Origin: an uncultured Actinomycetes bacterium
GTDB taxonomy: Bacteria > Actinomycetota > Thermoleophilia > UBA2241
Length of the DNA: 64,000 nucleotides
Reading direction: 5' to 3'
Assembly (NCBI GenBank): GCA_963755025.1
Contig: CAVWIH010000014.1
Location: forward strand, 32,001 to 96,000
Shown here: positions 1-10,235 of the stretch, one piece after another
Layout of the letters: every line of letters starts with the position of its first letter
Position numbering within the stretch: the first letter of the stretch is position 1
Translations under genes and position numbers: made by a program
Notes under the pieces: model-generated
Databases searched by the model: none
What the model saw: only the letters and a program-made list of their open reading frames with translations
Told to the model about the DNA's origin: nothing

Positions 1-939
1 ACGCCCACGCCGACCGCGACCCCCACGCCCACCCCGACCCCGACCGTGACTCCCACGGTCACCCCGACCACGACCCCCACGCCGGTCTCCGGCGACACCA
101 CGATCACCGGCCAGACCTTCAACACCTACACCATCCCCGCCGGCACCCACGACGTGGACTACGTCGACTGCACCTTCAACGGCGGTAACGCAAGCACAGC
201 CGTGCTCACCTTGAACCAGACCTGCTACGACCTCACCTTCACCGACTGCACGGTCGGCTCGGGCCCCTGGAACGGCGTCACCATCAACGTCACAAACGGC
301 AACATCCACGACATCACTTTCACCGGCTGCCACATCCTGGCGGCGGGGCGCATGGGCATCGAGTGCACGCAGCGTCCGGCCTCCAACACCGTGGGCTACA
401 AGAACATGAAGTTCATCAACGACGTGATCGAGCCCTCAGCCGAAGAGGCGATGAGCTTCGACGGCGGCTACTTCGCCGCCGACAGCCTGATCGACGGCTG
501 CACGATCAACGGCTCCGACAACTCTGCCAACCCGCAGTGGGATGGAGCTCTAGAGATCAACGGCCCGAAGGACTTCACAGTAAGTAACACCACCATCTAC
601 GAATGCAAAGAGGGCGGTCTGAACCTTGAAGGCCAGCCTGGCGCAAACTGCGGCCTCGTGTTCGACAACGACACTGTCGACTTCTCTCAGCTCAGGGAGA
701 CCTACCCCGTGGACAGCTCGACCGCTCGCCTCACCGAGCTGCAGAACGTCAACGGCGCGGTCTTCAGCAACTGCAAGTTCGTTCTGGGCAAGGCTTGGAA
801 CGCGGGCTACTGGACCAGCTCCTCCAACAACGACCTCTCGACCAGCTCCATCAGTGGCAGCACGCCTGCAGGGCAAGGCAGGTCGATGTGGTCGTTGGAT
901 TCCGGCTCTCTAAGCAACAAGATGCCGACCCAGGAATAG
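1..939 (+). CDS. Secreted right-handed beta-helix (pectin lyase-like) protein with Pro/Thr linker; 5' truncated by the window edge
   Basis: Frame 1 is open from base 1 (TPTPTATPTPTPT...), followed by parallel beta-helix repeats (xxITFTxCxI). Close paralog of 17192-18116. Confidence 0.8.
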   Translation, partial: TPTPTATPTPTPTPTVTPTVTPTTTPTPVSGDTTITGQTFNTYTIPAGTHDVDYVDCTFNGGNASTAVLTLNQTCYDLTFTDCTVGSGPWNGVTINVTNGNIHDITFTGCHILAAGRMGIECTQRPASNTVGYKNMKFINDVIEPSAEEAMSFDGGYFAADSLIDGCTINGSDNSANPQWDGALEINGPKDFTVSNTTIYECKEGGLNLEGQPGANCGLVFDNDTVDFSQLRETYPVDSSTARLTELQNVNGAVFSNCKFVLGKAWNAGYWTSSSNNDLSTSSISGSTPAGQGRSMWSLDSGSLSNKMPTQE

Positions 940-1123
940 CCACTCGCTCCCGACATCGGAGACGATGCTCCAGTCTCCAATCGGAGCAAGTCTGGGCAAT
1001 GCGGCAGGTCAGTCCACCGACCTTACCGCATTGCCCTTTGCCCGTATTGAAAACGCGGTTGGCTGCGTATCGGTGTCGGGCAACCTGTAGGCTAAGGGCC
1101 GCGCGGGAGCCGCGGCCACCGCA

Positions 1124-2014
1124 TTGACCTATCAGGAGGGTTTCTTGGTCCCAAAAGTGGGAGATCAGCCGACTATCTCGGTAGTAACACCCTCTCTGAA
1201 CCAGGGTGAGTTCCTCGGAATGACCCTCGATTCAGTTTTGACGCAGCACTACCCCAATCTCGAGTATGTGGTCATTGATGGAGGCTCGACCGACGGCAGC
1301 GCTGAGACGATCGCCCGTCACGAAGCAGATTTGACGTATTGGGTGAGCGAGCCGGACCAAGGGCACGCCCACGCCCTCAACAAGGGCTTCGCCAAGACCA
1401 GTGGCGAGATCATGTGCTGGATCAACAGCTCCGACATGTACTACCCGTGGACGTTCGAGACCGTCGCTCAAATCTTTCGGCAGCACCCCCAGGTCGACTG
1501 GATAGTCGGCATGGCATCTTGGTTCGACATCAACGGTGGTCCAAGGGGAATCGCCCCCGGGCGCGGGACGATCAACGAGTACGACGTTCTTGCCGGGAAC
1601 TACCGGTGGATTCAGCAGGAGTCAGTGTTCTGGCGGCGCCATCTGTGGGAGCGAGCAGGCGGCCACCTCGACCAGAGTCTAAAGTGCGCAGCCGACTTCG
1701 ATCTCTGGCTGCGATTCTTTCGCCTCGCCTCTCTCTACCACGTCCAAACGGTTTTGGGCGGATTCAGGGTGCATGGCAACCGGCTGGCCGACGCAGGCGA
1801 CGGGCTCTATGAGCGTGAGGCTCGCCAAGTCCACGCGCGCTTCACTGCCGACCACGATCGAAAATCACGTGCTCGCGCCCGCCTCGTCCGCTTGGCCGGC
1901 GCTCGCGGCGCCCGGAATGTCGGCGACAACCTCAACAAGATCGGCGTCTTGGACTGGTATAGGCACCCGCGCCTGGAATTCGACTGCGACAGAATGGTGT
2001 GGCTCCTTCGATAG
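1124..2014 (+). CDS. Glycosyltransferase family 2
   Basis: ISVVTPSLNQG...VVIDGGSTDGS...NSSD motifs, typical GT-A fold. Confidence 0.9.
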   Translation: MTYQEGFLVPKVGDQPTISVVTPSLNQGEFLGMTLDSVLTQHYPNLEYVVIDGGSTDGSAETIARHEADLTYWVSEPDQGHAHALNKGFAKTSGEIMCWINSSDMYYPWTFETVAQIFRQHPQVDWIVGMASWFDINGGPRGIAPGRGTINEYDVLAGNYRWIQQESVFWRRHLWERAGGHLDQSLKCAADFDLWLRFFRLASLYHVQTVLGGFRVHGNRLADAGDGLYEREARQVHARFTADHDRKSRARARLVRLAGARGARNVGDNLNKIGVLDWYRHPRLEFDCDRMVWLLR

Positions 2015-2817
2015 GCCGAGCCCGACGCGGGCGAGCAGCCCCTCGCGCTGTGCGCGCCCCTGGGACCCCTGACCCAAGGCCCAGCCCACCAAACGTGAGA
2101 CGCGGATACGCTTCATGCGATCCCTGTAGTGGTTCGGACTGGTCTCCCGGAGGATCGCCAGGTACTCTCTGTCGTCGCCGAGCGCCCGGTAGTCGCGCAA
2201 GGTGTCGATCAGGCTTCGTTTTGCGACCGTGAGCCGGTCGGACCCTTCGGTGTGGACGACAAGAAGGGACGGCGCAACGTAGTATCGGCGCGCTCTGCGT
2301 CCGATCTTCAGCCATAGGGTCTCCTCGCCCCAGGGAATGCGCTCGTCGAACCGCATACCCCGAGCAGATCCGTGCGCGTGATGCCCCAGTGCACACCACC
2401 GACCAAGGCGGGGTCGAGCCAGCCGTCGACGTCGACCCCCGTCCCAGTCAAGCCCCCCGTGACAGAGTCGACGGCGTTGCAATCGACTGCTGTGGCCCCG
2501 GTGCGCTCAGCAGCGGCCATCATGACGGAGAGCGCGTCAGGCGCCATCTCATCGTCGGAATCGAGCGTCGTGAACCACTCGCCCCTGATGCGATCGAACC
2601 CCGTGTTCTTCGCGGCCGTCACCCCACGGTTCACTTTGTGACGCGCGAGCCTGATGCGAGGATCATCGTAACGCTCGATGACCTCGACTGAACCGTCTGT
2701 CGAGCCATCGTCGACAACGATGAGTTCCCAATCGTCGGAGTCCTGCATCAGCACACTGTCGATGGCCCTCCCGATCGTGCGCTCGCGGTTGTAGTTGGCG
2801 ATGATGACACTGATCAA
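1865..2817 (-). CDS. Glycosyltransferase family 2 (frameshift near 2360; 3' end uncertain)
   Basis: ISVIIANYNRE...VVDDGSTD...LDSDD. Continues after a G-run slip as MRFDERIPWGEETLWL in another frame. Confidence 0.8.
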
Positions 2818-2952
2818 CGGATCCCTCCCGGCCGGCTACCTCCATGTTACCATCGGCAGCAAGGTCGGACTTCACCACAGTACGAGTTTCATCGCTGATT
2901 CTCGGAGCGCTCTTGCGGGTGCTGGCGCACGGCCACAAGTCGCGGGAGATGA

Positions 2953-3868
2953 TCAGGAGTCCGGCGGACTCACGGCGGAGGCGGCGGCGAGCCCGGCGCT
3001 CGGCTCGTTGGACAAGAGCTTGAGCCGACAGCACTCGGCGATCAGGTCGGCGGCATGCCACTCGACATCGTCGGCCACGCGCAGCTCGCCCAGCCGCTCG
3101 AGCACCGCCCTGGTCGCCGCCGCCATCGGGCCGGCCTGTCCGATATCCGAAAGCCAGCGGACGGTCTCGTCGAGCTCCTCGACGCGGCGCGCGACGTGGC
3201 GTGGGTAGCTCGGCAGGAGCCGCTCGACGCTCGCCATGCTGCCGGGGTAGAAGTCGGCCAGGCGATCGAGCAACTCGCCGCGCTGTCCGAGGCGGTCGGC
3301 CGCCGCGGCGGCTTCGAGGACGAGCGCCACGAGCCCTTTGTTGAAGCCGGCGAACGAGAGCTTGAACGCCGACGCCAGGCCCACGTCGGCGCCCAGCACG
3401 CGTACCCGCAGGGCCGGCTCGAGGAGGGCGCCCAGGCGCTGCGCCCCGGGGCCGCTCAGGTAGAGCGTCGTCTGGCCGCCGATCGTCGCCGCCCCGCCCA
3501 CGAACGCGCCGTCGACGGCTTCGCAGCCGGCCGCGGCGGCGAGGGCGAGCGCGGCGCGCCGCCGTTTGCGGCGCCACCGAGTTGGCGTCGAGGTAGCACG
3601 GCTGGGCACCGGTACGGCCGACGGCCGCGGCGCAGGCCGCAGCCGTGGCGACGACGGCGTGCTGGGGCACGAGCGAGACGACCAGGTCGGCCTGCGCGAC
3701 GACATCGTCGAGCGAGGCGAGGACTTCGACCCCGGCGGCTCGCGCCAGGGCGCCGGTGCGCGCGCCGCGCCCATCGAGGCAGGCGACGGCTCGCCAGCCG
3801 CGCTCGGTAAGGCGGCGCGCCAGCGCGGCGCCCATGTCGCCCGGGTAGAGGACGGCGACGGTGCTCAC
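2953..3868 (-). CDS. NAD(P)-dependent oxidoreductase, 6-phosphogluconate/3-hydroxyacid dehydrogenase-like (DUF1932 type); frameshift near 3565
   Basis: N-terminal VAVLYPGDMGAALA Rossmann motif and YLDANSVAP. C-terminal ASAFKLSFAGFNKG and HVARRVEELDE in a second frame. Confidence 0.8.
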
Positions 3869-5086
3869 CGGGCAGTTCCCCGAGCCGCGTCGTCGCACAC
3901 GCCCAGGCGCCGCGCGACGAACTTCGCGGCGTGTCCGGCGAACGACATGGAGCCCACCAGCGAAGGCAGCGGGTCGGACCAGCTGAAGAAGGGCAGCACC
4001 TGGCGATGGGCGATGCTGGCGAGGTAGGCCGCGCCCGTCGCCTCGCCGCGCGCCCGCGCGGCCAGGAAGCTGCGCAGGTCCTTGCCGGGGCGCCAGAAGT
4101 CGCAGGCCCCGGCGGTAGACGCGGTCGGCCGGCGGCGCCGGCCGGCGGCCGACCAGGCGCTCGTAGACGAACAGGCCGAGGTCGCAGCCGCTCGCCACGA
4201 GGAGCCCGTTGGCGGCGGTGAAGCGGGCGTTGCACTCGATGACCTTGAGGCGTCCGTCGCGCTCGTCGCGCTTGAACTCGACGTTGCCCACGCCCTGCAG
4301 GCCGGCGTGGCGCAGCAGCCGCAGCGCCAGGTCGCGGGCTTCGGGGATCCAGTCGGTGACGTGGTAGCAGCCGATGCCTTCGCCGGCCGGGAAGCGCCGC
4401 ACGATGCGCTTGGTGAAGTCGCAGAGGGGCGTCCCGTTCTCGTCTAAGTAGGTGTAGTAGCTGCAAAGGCGGTCGTCGGCGCCCGGTATCTCTTCGAGCA
4501 GCACGACGTCGAGATCGTGCTCGCGCACGCGGCGATACGCGGCCAGGAGCTCGGCGAAGTCGTTGACCCTCACGAACTTGGCGCCGGCGAACACGGCCTG
4601 GAAGCGGTGCGAGTAGAGCGGTTTGACGAGCAGCGGGTACACGTAGTCGCCTTGCTGGGCTTCGACCTGCGCGACGCTGTCGGCCGACCAGAAAAGCGGC
4701 GTGGGCACCCCGGCGTCGCGCGCCGCGCGATAGGTCGACAGCTTGTCGAGCATGAGGCGCTGGGCGCCGGGGTCGGAGATGTCGAGCACGAACTTGGCGG
4801 CGAGCGCGGCGCGGTGCTGCATCAGGATCTCGATGCCGGCGTCGGAGCAGGCGAGCAGCACGGCGCCGCGCCAGGGTTCGGACTCGTCGCCGAGCAGAAA
4901 GCGCTCCCACGACCCCTGGTCGCTGCCGGTGCGCCGGCCCCCGTCGCGCGCGTAGCGCGAGTAGCGGTCGGGCGAGCGTTCGGAGGTGAGCAGCAGCACC
5001 CGGACGCCCCGACGGCCGAGACTGCGCGCGACCGAGAGGGCGTTGCCGCCCGCGCCGCCGACGATGATCGCGGGGGGCAGGCTCAA
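3865..5086 (-). CDS. ATP-grasp carboxylate-amine ligase (D-aspartate ligase-like); frameshift near 4095
   Basis: GGNALSVARSLGRRGV, DKLSTY, YPLLVKP, EEIPG, VEFKRDERDGRLKVIECNARF. C-terminal FSWSDPLP in the shifted frame. Confidence 0.8.
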
Positions 5087-6153
5087 CGGGGGGCCGCCAG
5101 GCGCTCGAGCACCATGACCGCGACCGGCACGCCCGGCCCCTTGCGCAGGTAGTGGTAGTAGTAGCCGGGCGTGGCGTTCACTTCGATCACCTTGCCGCCG
5201 GCCTCGGCCAGGGCCACGGTGGGATCGGGCGTGATGACGTCGACCCCCACCAGCCGAGCGGCGATCGCCGCCGCCGTGCGCGCGCCTTCGGCGACGAGCG
5301 CCGGGCAGAGCGTGCCCATGACGTCCTCGTTGTCGTCGCGGCGGTTGTCGTTGACCACGTTCTTGAGCACCACGACCCGGTCTGAGCCGGGCACCGCGCG
5401 CAGCCAGAGCCCCTGGCCGCGCAGCGTCTCTTTGAGCTCCCAGTCGATCTGCACGAGCGACTGGCCGCCCTCGATGCCGGCCTCGGTGCGCGCCCGGTTC
5501 TCGGACTCGATCAGCTGCCGCATGGTCGAGATACCGTCGCCGCGCACCGTCGGCGGCCGCCGCAGCACGGCGTCGAGCAGCTCGCCGTCGAAGTAGAGCA
5601 GGCGGTAGACCCCGCCCGCCACGTGCTCCTCGATCAGGACCTCGTCGCAAAAGACGGCGGCCTTGACCAGCGCGACCGCCAGGCGCGCCTGGCCGCGCAC
5701 GCCCGTCGTGATGCCGGTGCCGCCGGCGCTGCCCCGGGCCGGCTTGACCACGCAAGGCGCGCCGGCCGCCTTGACGAATCGCCAGGCGGCGGCCAGGTCG
5801 TCGGCGCGACAGACGTGGTGGCGGGGCACCGGGATGCCGCGCTCGGTCAGCAGCCGGTAGACGAGCGGCTTGTCTTCGGCGATGGCGACCGTGACGGGAT
5901 CGTCGAGCGAGGTGACGTTGTTGCGCGCGCGCAGCACGACGTCGCCGCAGGCGATCTCGAGCAGGTGCGGCTGCAGGCGGCGCACCGAACCCCCCACCGC
6001 CGCCGCCGCTTCGGTCCACACGTTGTCGTAGAACGACGAGCGCCGCTCGTCGACCTGCCGTTTGGCAGGCGTACGCACGTAGAGCTTGTTGGCCACCTTG
6101 CCGGCCAGGGCAGCCGAGTCGAGCATCGTTCGTGTGATAGTCACGCCGGCCAC
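5083..6153 (-). CDS. Stand-alone cyanophycin synthetase/GshAB-like ATP-grasp ligase
   Basis: DKPLVYRLL..GIPVP, VVKPARGSAGGTGITT, LIEEHVAG..YRLL, RRPPTVRGDG, IEVNATPG. No Mur ligase domain. Confidence 0.8.
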   Translation of the reverse strand: MAGVTITRTMLDSAALAGKVANKLYVRTPAKRQVDERRSSFYDNVWTEAAAAVGGSVRRLQPHLLEIACGDVVLRARNNVTSLDDPVTVAIAEDKPLVYRLLTERGIPVPRHHVCRADDLAAAWRFVKAAGAPCVVKPARGSAGGTGITTGVRGQARLAVALVKAAVFCDEVLIEEHVAGGVYRLLYFDGELLDAVLRRPPTVRGDGISTMRQLIESENRARTEAGIEGGQSLVQIDWELKETLRGQGLWLRAVPGSDRVVVLKNVVNDNRRDDNEDVMGTLCPALVAEGARTAAAIAARLVGVDVITPDPTVALAEAGGKVIEVNATPGYYYHYLRKGPGVPVAVMVLERLAAPR

Positions 6154-6154
6154 C

Positions 6155-6880
6155 CTACGGCGTGATGACGCAGCCGCTCTCGGCCAGCAGGTCGTCGACC
6201 CAGGCGTTCGAGAACTCGCCCCTCTTCACGCCCGCGAAGTAGTCGCGGTTCTTGGCGGCGTAGGCCGTGAGGCGTTCGAAGATGTCGTGGGCGTTCTCGC
6301 GCGGCACGATGACGACGCCGTAACCGTCGGCCACCACGATGTCGCCGGGGTTCACGACGACGCCGCCGCAGCAGATCGGATAGTTGATCTCGCCCGGCCC
6401 GCGGTGCAGGGGGCCGATCGGCGTGGTGCCGCGGGCGAAGATGGGAAAGTCGAGCGGCACGATCTCGGGCAGGTCGCGGATGTAGCCATCGACCACAAAG
6501 CCGGCCAGCTTGCGATGGCGCGCCTTGGTCGAGATCAGGCCGCCGAGCGCGGCGTTCATGCGCGAGCCGCCGGCGTCGACCACGACGACGTCGCCGGGCT
6601 GGGCGACGTCGAGCGCCTTGTGCACCATGAGGTTGTCGCCCGGATAGACCCTGACCGTGCAGGCGGGGCCGATGAGGTGGTGGTCGTCGCCGGTGACGCA
6701 TTTGATCTGCGAGGCTAGCGCGTAGAGCCGGTTGAGCTGGTCGGAGATATCGGGCGAGTCGAACGCCGCGAAGCGCTGCATGAACTCGTGGTCGAGGCGC
6801 TCGAACGACAGACGGATGCGAAAGCCGGGGCCCGGGTTGATCTCGGCCGACTTGGGTTTGTTGGGTACGGCTGTCGACAC
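6155..6880 (-). CDS. RraA family / 4-hydroxy-4-methyl-2-oxoglutarate aldolase-like protein
   Basis: GPACTV..PGDNLMVHKALD.AQPGDVVVVDAGG, VVDGYIRD, VNPGDIVVADGYGVV. GAGGAGG Shine-Dalgarno before the GTG at 6880. Confidence 0.85.
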   Translation of the reverse strand: MSTAVPNKPKSAEINPGPGFRIRLSFERLDHEFMQRFAAFDSPDISDQLNRLYALASQIKCVTGDDHHLIGPACTVRVYPGDNLMVHKALDVAQPGDVVVVDAGGSRMNAALGGLISTKARHRKLAGFVVDGYIRDLPEIVPLDFPIFARGTTPIGPLHRGPGEINYPICCGGVVVNPGDIVVADGYGVVIVPRENAHDIFERLTAYAAKNRDYFAGVKRGEFSNAWVDDLLAESGCVITP

Positions 6881-6981
6881 GACGACCTCCTCCTGGTGCG
6901 GTGCGCTGCTCGCGGCCACGAGCTTAGGCCATTATCCCACGCACGGCCAACGGCGGCCGAGCGAGACTTAGGGCAACGAGG

Positions 6982-8332
6982 ATGCTAGCCTTCGCCTCAA
7001 GAGCGCGCGCACGCGGCGCGCCGCGCGGGCTTGGGGCGGGCCGGGAGGAGCCGTTGAGTAGCAGCCAGAAAGTGGGAAGCGGTGTTCCCGAGGGGGCGCT
7101 GCCGGCCGGCGACGCCGGCCGGCAGCGCCCCCTCGAAGTCGTCATTCTCGGCGACTGGCTGCGCTTTCCGCACGGTATGGCGGCCACCAGCCGCGCCCGC
7201 CTCGTGGCGCGGGCGCTGGCCGAAGCTGGCGTGCGCGTGCGCGTCGTGGTGCTGCAGGCCGGCGACCGCGCCTCGCACGTCGAGAACACGGCCGTGCGGG
7301 GCGTCTTCGACGGGATCCCGTTCGAGTACACCTGCGGCACGACCGTACGCCACGACTCGTTCGCGGCGCGCCGCCTGATCGCCGCCTGGGGCTGGGTGCA
7401 CGGCGCCCTGCGCCTGATGCGGCTGCGCGCCGAGGGCCGCCTCGACCTCGTCTGCCTGTGGTTCTGGACGCCAAGACCCGCCGCGCGCCTCGCCGTGTTC
7501 ATGCTCCTGCTGCGCCTGCTCAAGGTGCCGGTCGTGCGCGAGGTCGACGAAAGCACGTGGTCGCAACGCGACGAGACGACCGCCCTCGAGCGCCTCTGGT
7601 CGCCGCTGTCCGGCATGGCCGGCGTGCTCGCCATCTCGGCCGAGCTCGACCGCTGGGCCCGAGCCGAAGCCCGGGGCCGGCCGCTGCGCGTCGTCGAGGT
7701 GCCCATCCTGGTCGACGTCGACGAGCATGCGCCGAGCGCGTATCCCGACGGCGACCCGGTGGTCGTCTTTGCGGGCGCACCGGGCTACAACGAGACGATC
7801 AGGTTCATCTTCGCGGCCATGGACGAGGTCTGGCGCAGCCGGCCCGACTGCCGCCTGGCGGTGACCGGCGCCGACCCGCACGACCCCGCGTCGGACTGGC
7901 TGCGGGCCGAGGTGCGCGACGCCGGCCTCGGCGGCCGCGTCGACCTGGTGGGCTATCTCGACCGCGACGAGCTGCTCGCGCTGTACGCGCGCGCCCACGC
8001 CCTGCTGATCCCGCTCTTCGACAACACCCGCTCCAAGGCCCGCTTTCCGACCAAGATCGGCGAGTACCTCGGCGGCGGCGCGGCCGGTGGTGACGAGCGA
8101 CGTAGGCGAGATCCCGCGCTACTTCACCGACGGCGTCGACGGGGTCGTGTGCCCGCCCGGCGACCCGGTCGCCTTTGGCCGCGCCATCGTCGACCTGCTG
8201 GCCGACCCCGCTCGCGCCGCGCTCATCGGCCGCCGCGGGCGGCTGGTCGCCGAGACGCAGTTCCACTACGCACTGTACGGAGAGACGCTGGCGCGCGCCT
8301 TCGCCGAGACCGTCGGCGTGGCTGCGTCATGA
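6982..8332 (+). CDS. Glycosyltransferase family 4 (frameshift near 8075)
   Basis: GT-B C-terminal RFPTKIGEYL...PVVTSDVGEIP motif spans the frameshift. Confidence 0.8.
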
Positions 8333-8348
8333 GAGGCAGGGGGACCGC

Positions 8349-10235
8349 ATGTGCGGCATAACCGGGATCCTGCATCACTCCGTCGACGAGGCCGTCGACC
8401 CGGCGCTGGTCCACGTCATGACCGACGTGCTCGAACATCGCGGCCCCGACTCCGACGGCTTTCACCTTGAGCCGCGCGTGGGCGTGGGCGCCCGCCGCCT
8501 GAGCATCATCGACCTGGCGACCGGCGACCAGCCCATCGGCAACGAAGACGGCACCGTGTGGGCGGCCCTGAACGGCGAGATCTACAACTACGTCGAGCTG
8601 CGCACCCGCCTGATCGAACAGGGCCATCGCTTTCACACCGGCTGCGACACCGAGGTCATCGCCCACCAGTACGAGCAGGACGGCCTCGACTGCGTGCGCC
8701 GCTTCCGCGGCATGTTCGCCTTCGCCGTGTGGGACGCGCGCAGCGGCGAGCTCATGATCGCCCGCGACCGGTTCGGCATAAAGCCGCTGTTCGTAGCCGA
8801 GGCGCCCGGCGCGCGCATGGCCTTCGCCTCTGAGATCAAGTCGCTCCTGCACCTGCCGTGGCTCGACCGTTCGTGGAACGCCGAGGCGCTGCGCGCCTAC
8901 CTGCAGGTGGGCTACGTGCCCTGTCCCATGACCGCCTACAACGGCGTGCGCAAGATGGCTCCCGGCACCGCCGAACTGTGGCGTCTGAGCGACTCCGACC
9001 ACGGCGGAGGTCTGCAGCGCAGCTCGCGCTACTGGGCCCCGCGCCTGGTGGCGGCCCGCCCCGTGCCGTCGTTCGACGAGGCGCGCGAGCGCGCCGCCGA
9101 GCTGCTGCAGGAGAGCATCCGGCTGCACCTGCGCAGCGACGTGCCGCTCGGCGCGTTCCTGTCCGGCGGCGTCGACTCGAGCACCGTCGTCGCCCTCACG
9201 CACGCGAGCGGCGTCCACGACCTGAAGACGTTCTCGATAGGCTTCGAGGGCGAGGCCTCGAGCGAGCTGCCCTACGCCGACCGGGTGGCGCGCCACCTGG
9301 GCACCGACCACCACACCGAGATCGTAGGCGCCACCGAAGCGCGCCTGCTGCCCGAGCTGCTCGCCCGCTTCGACGAACCCTTCGCCGACGCTTCGGCGAT
9401 CCCCACCTTCCTCGTGAGCAGGCTGGCGCGCCAGCACGTGACGGTCTCGCTGTCGGGCGACGGCGGCGACGAGCTCTTCGCCGGCTACCCGGTCTACGCC
9501 GCCCTGGCGCCCTACCGGGCCATCGACCGCGTGCCGCTCGCGCTCCGGCGCCCGCTGTCGCGGGTGGCGGCGCTGGCCATCTCCGAGGGCGCCCGCGGCG
9601 GCGGGTTCGTGCGCCGCATGACCTCGCCGAAGGAGCTGCGCTACCTGTCGCTGCGCCACGGCCTCACGCCCCTCGAGGGGCCGGTCATGGACGCGCTGAG
9701 CCCCTCCTTCGCGTCGTTCCTGCGCGAGGTCGGCGACGCCGGCTGGCAGCTCGGCTTCACCTACGACGGCAGCGTCGGCGACGCCCAGCGCATCGACCAG
9801 TCGACCTACCTGATCGACGACGTGCTGACCAAGGTCGACCGCAGCAGCATGGCGGTCTCGCTCGAGGCCCGCGTGCCGCTGCTCGACCACGTCTTCGCCG
9901 ACTACGTCAACGCGCTCCCGCTCTCGTTCAAGCAGCGCGGCTCCCGCCAGAAGATCCTGCTCAGGGCGATCGGCGAGCCGCTGCTGCCCAAAGGCATCTT
10001 CGACCGCCCCAAGCAGGGCTTCTCCGTGCCCCTGCGCACGTGGCTCGACGGGCCGCTCAGCAAGTTCTCGCGGGAGCGGCTCATAGGCGACGAGGTCGGG
10101 CTGTTCTCGCAAGCCGGCGTGGCGGCGCTGCTCGAGCTGCAGCACTGCAGCACGCGCAACATGAGCCCGCGCGTGTGGACGCTGCTCAGTCTGGCGACGT
10201 GGGCGGAGGCGGCGCGCAGCGGGGCGCCGTGGTGA
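8349..10235 (+). CDS. asnB: Asparagine synthase (glutamine-hydrolysing) family amidotransferase
   Basis: MCGITG N-terminal Cys, HRGPD, NGEIYNY, LSGGVDSS, LSGDGGDELFAGY, EARVPLLDH. Confidence 0.92.
   Translation: MCGITGILHHSVDEAVDPALVHVMTDVLEHRGPDSDGFHLEPRVGVGARRLSIIDLATGDQPIGNEDGTVWAALNGEIYNYVELRTRLIEQGHRFHTGCDTEVIAHQYEQDGLDCVRRFRGMFAFAVWDARSGELMIARDRFGIKPLFVAEAPGARMAFASEIKSLLHLPWLDRSWNAEALRAYLQVGYVPCPMTAYNGVRKMAPGTAELWRLSDSDHGGGLQRSSRYWAPRLVAARPVPSFDEARERAAELLQESIRLHLRSDVPLGAFLSGGVDSSTVVALTHASGVHDLKTFSIGFEGEASSELPYADRVARHLGTDHHTEIVGATEARLLPELLARFDEPFADASAIPTFLVSRLARQHVTVSLSGDGGDELFAGYPVYAALAPYRAIDRVPLALRRPLSRVAALAISEGARGGGFVRRMTSPKELRYLSLRHGLTPLEGPVMDALSPSFASFLREVGDAGWQLGFTYDGSVGDAQRIDQSTYLIDDVLTKVDRSSMAVSLEARVPLLDHVFADYVNALPLSFKQRGSRQKILLRAIGEPLLPKGIFDRPKQGFSVPLRTWLDGPLSKFSRERLIGDEVGLFSQAGVAALLELQHCSTRNMSPRVWTLLSLATWAEAARSGAPW

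Noticed and set aside
1865-2014. 150-bp convergent overlap of the two GT2 genes
   Set aside because: May result from an indel removing the real stop codon; cannot be supported from this sequence.
2663-6019. 1118-aa ORF and other long Arg/Ala-rich ORFs in the track
   Set aside because: These are shadow frames of high-GC DNA, or chimeras of adjacent genes joined by indels.
5083-6153. True cyanophycin synthetase
   Set aside because: Only the ATP-grasp domain is present; there is no Mur-ligase domain and no cphB.
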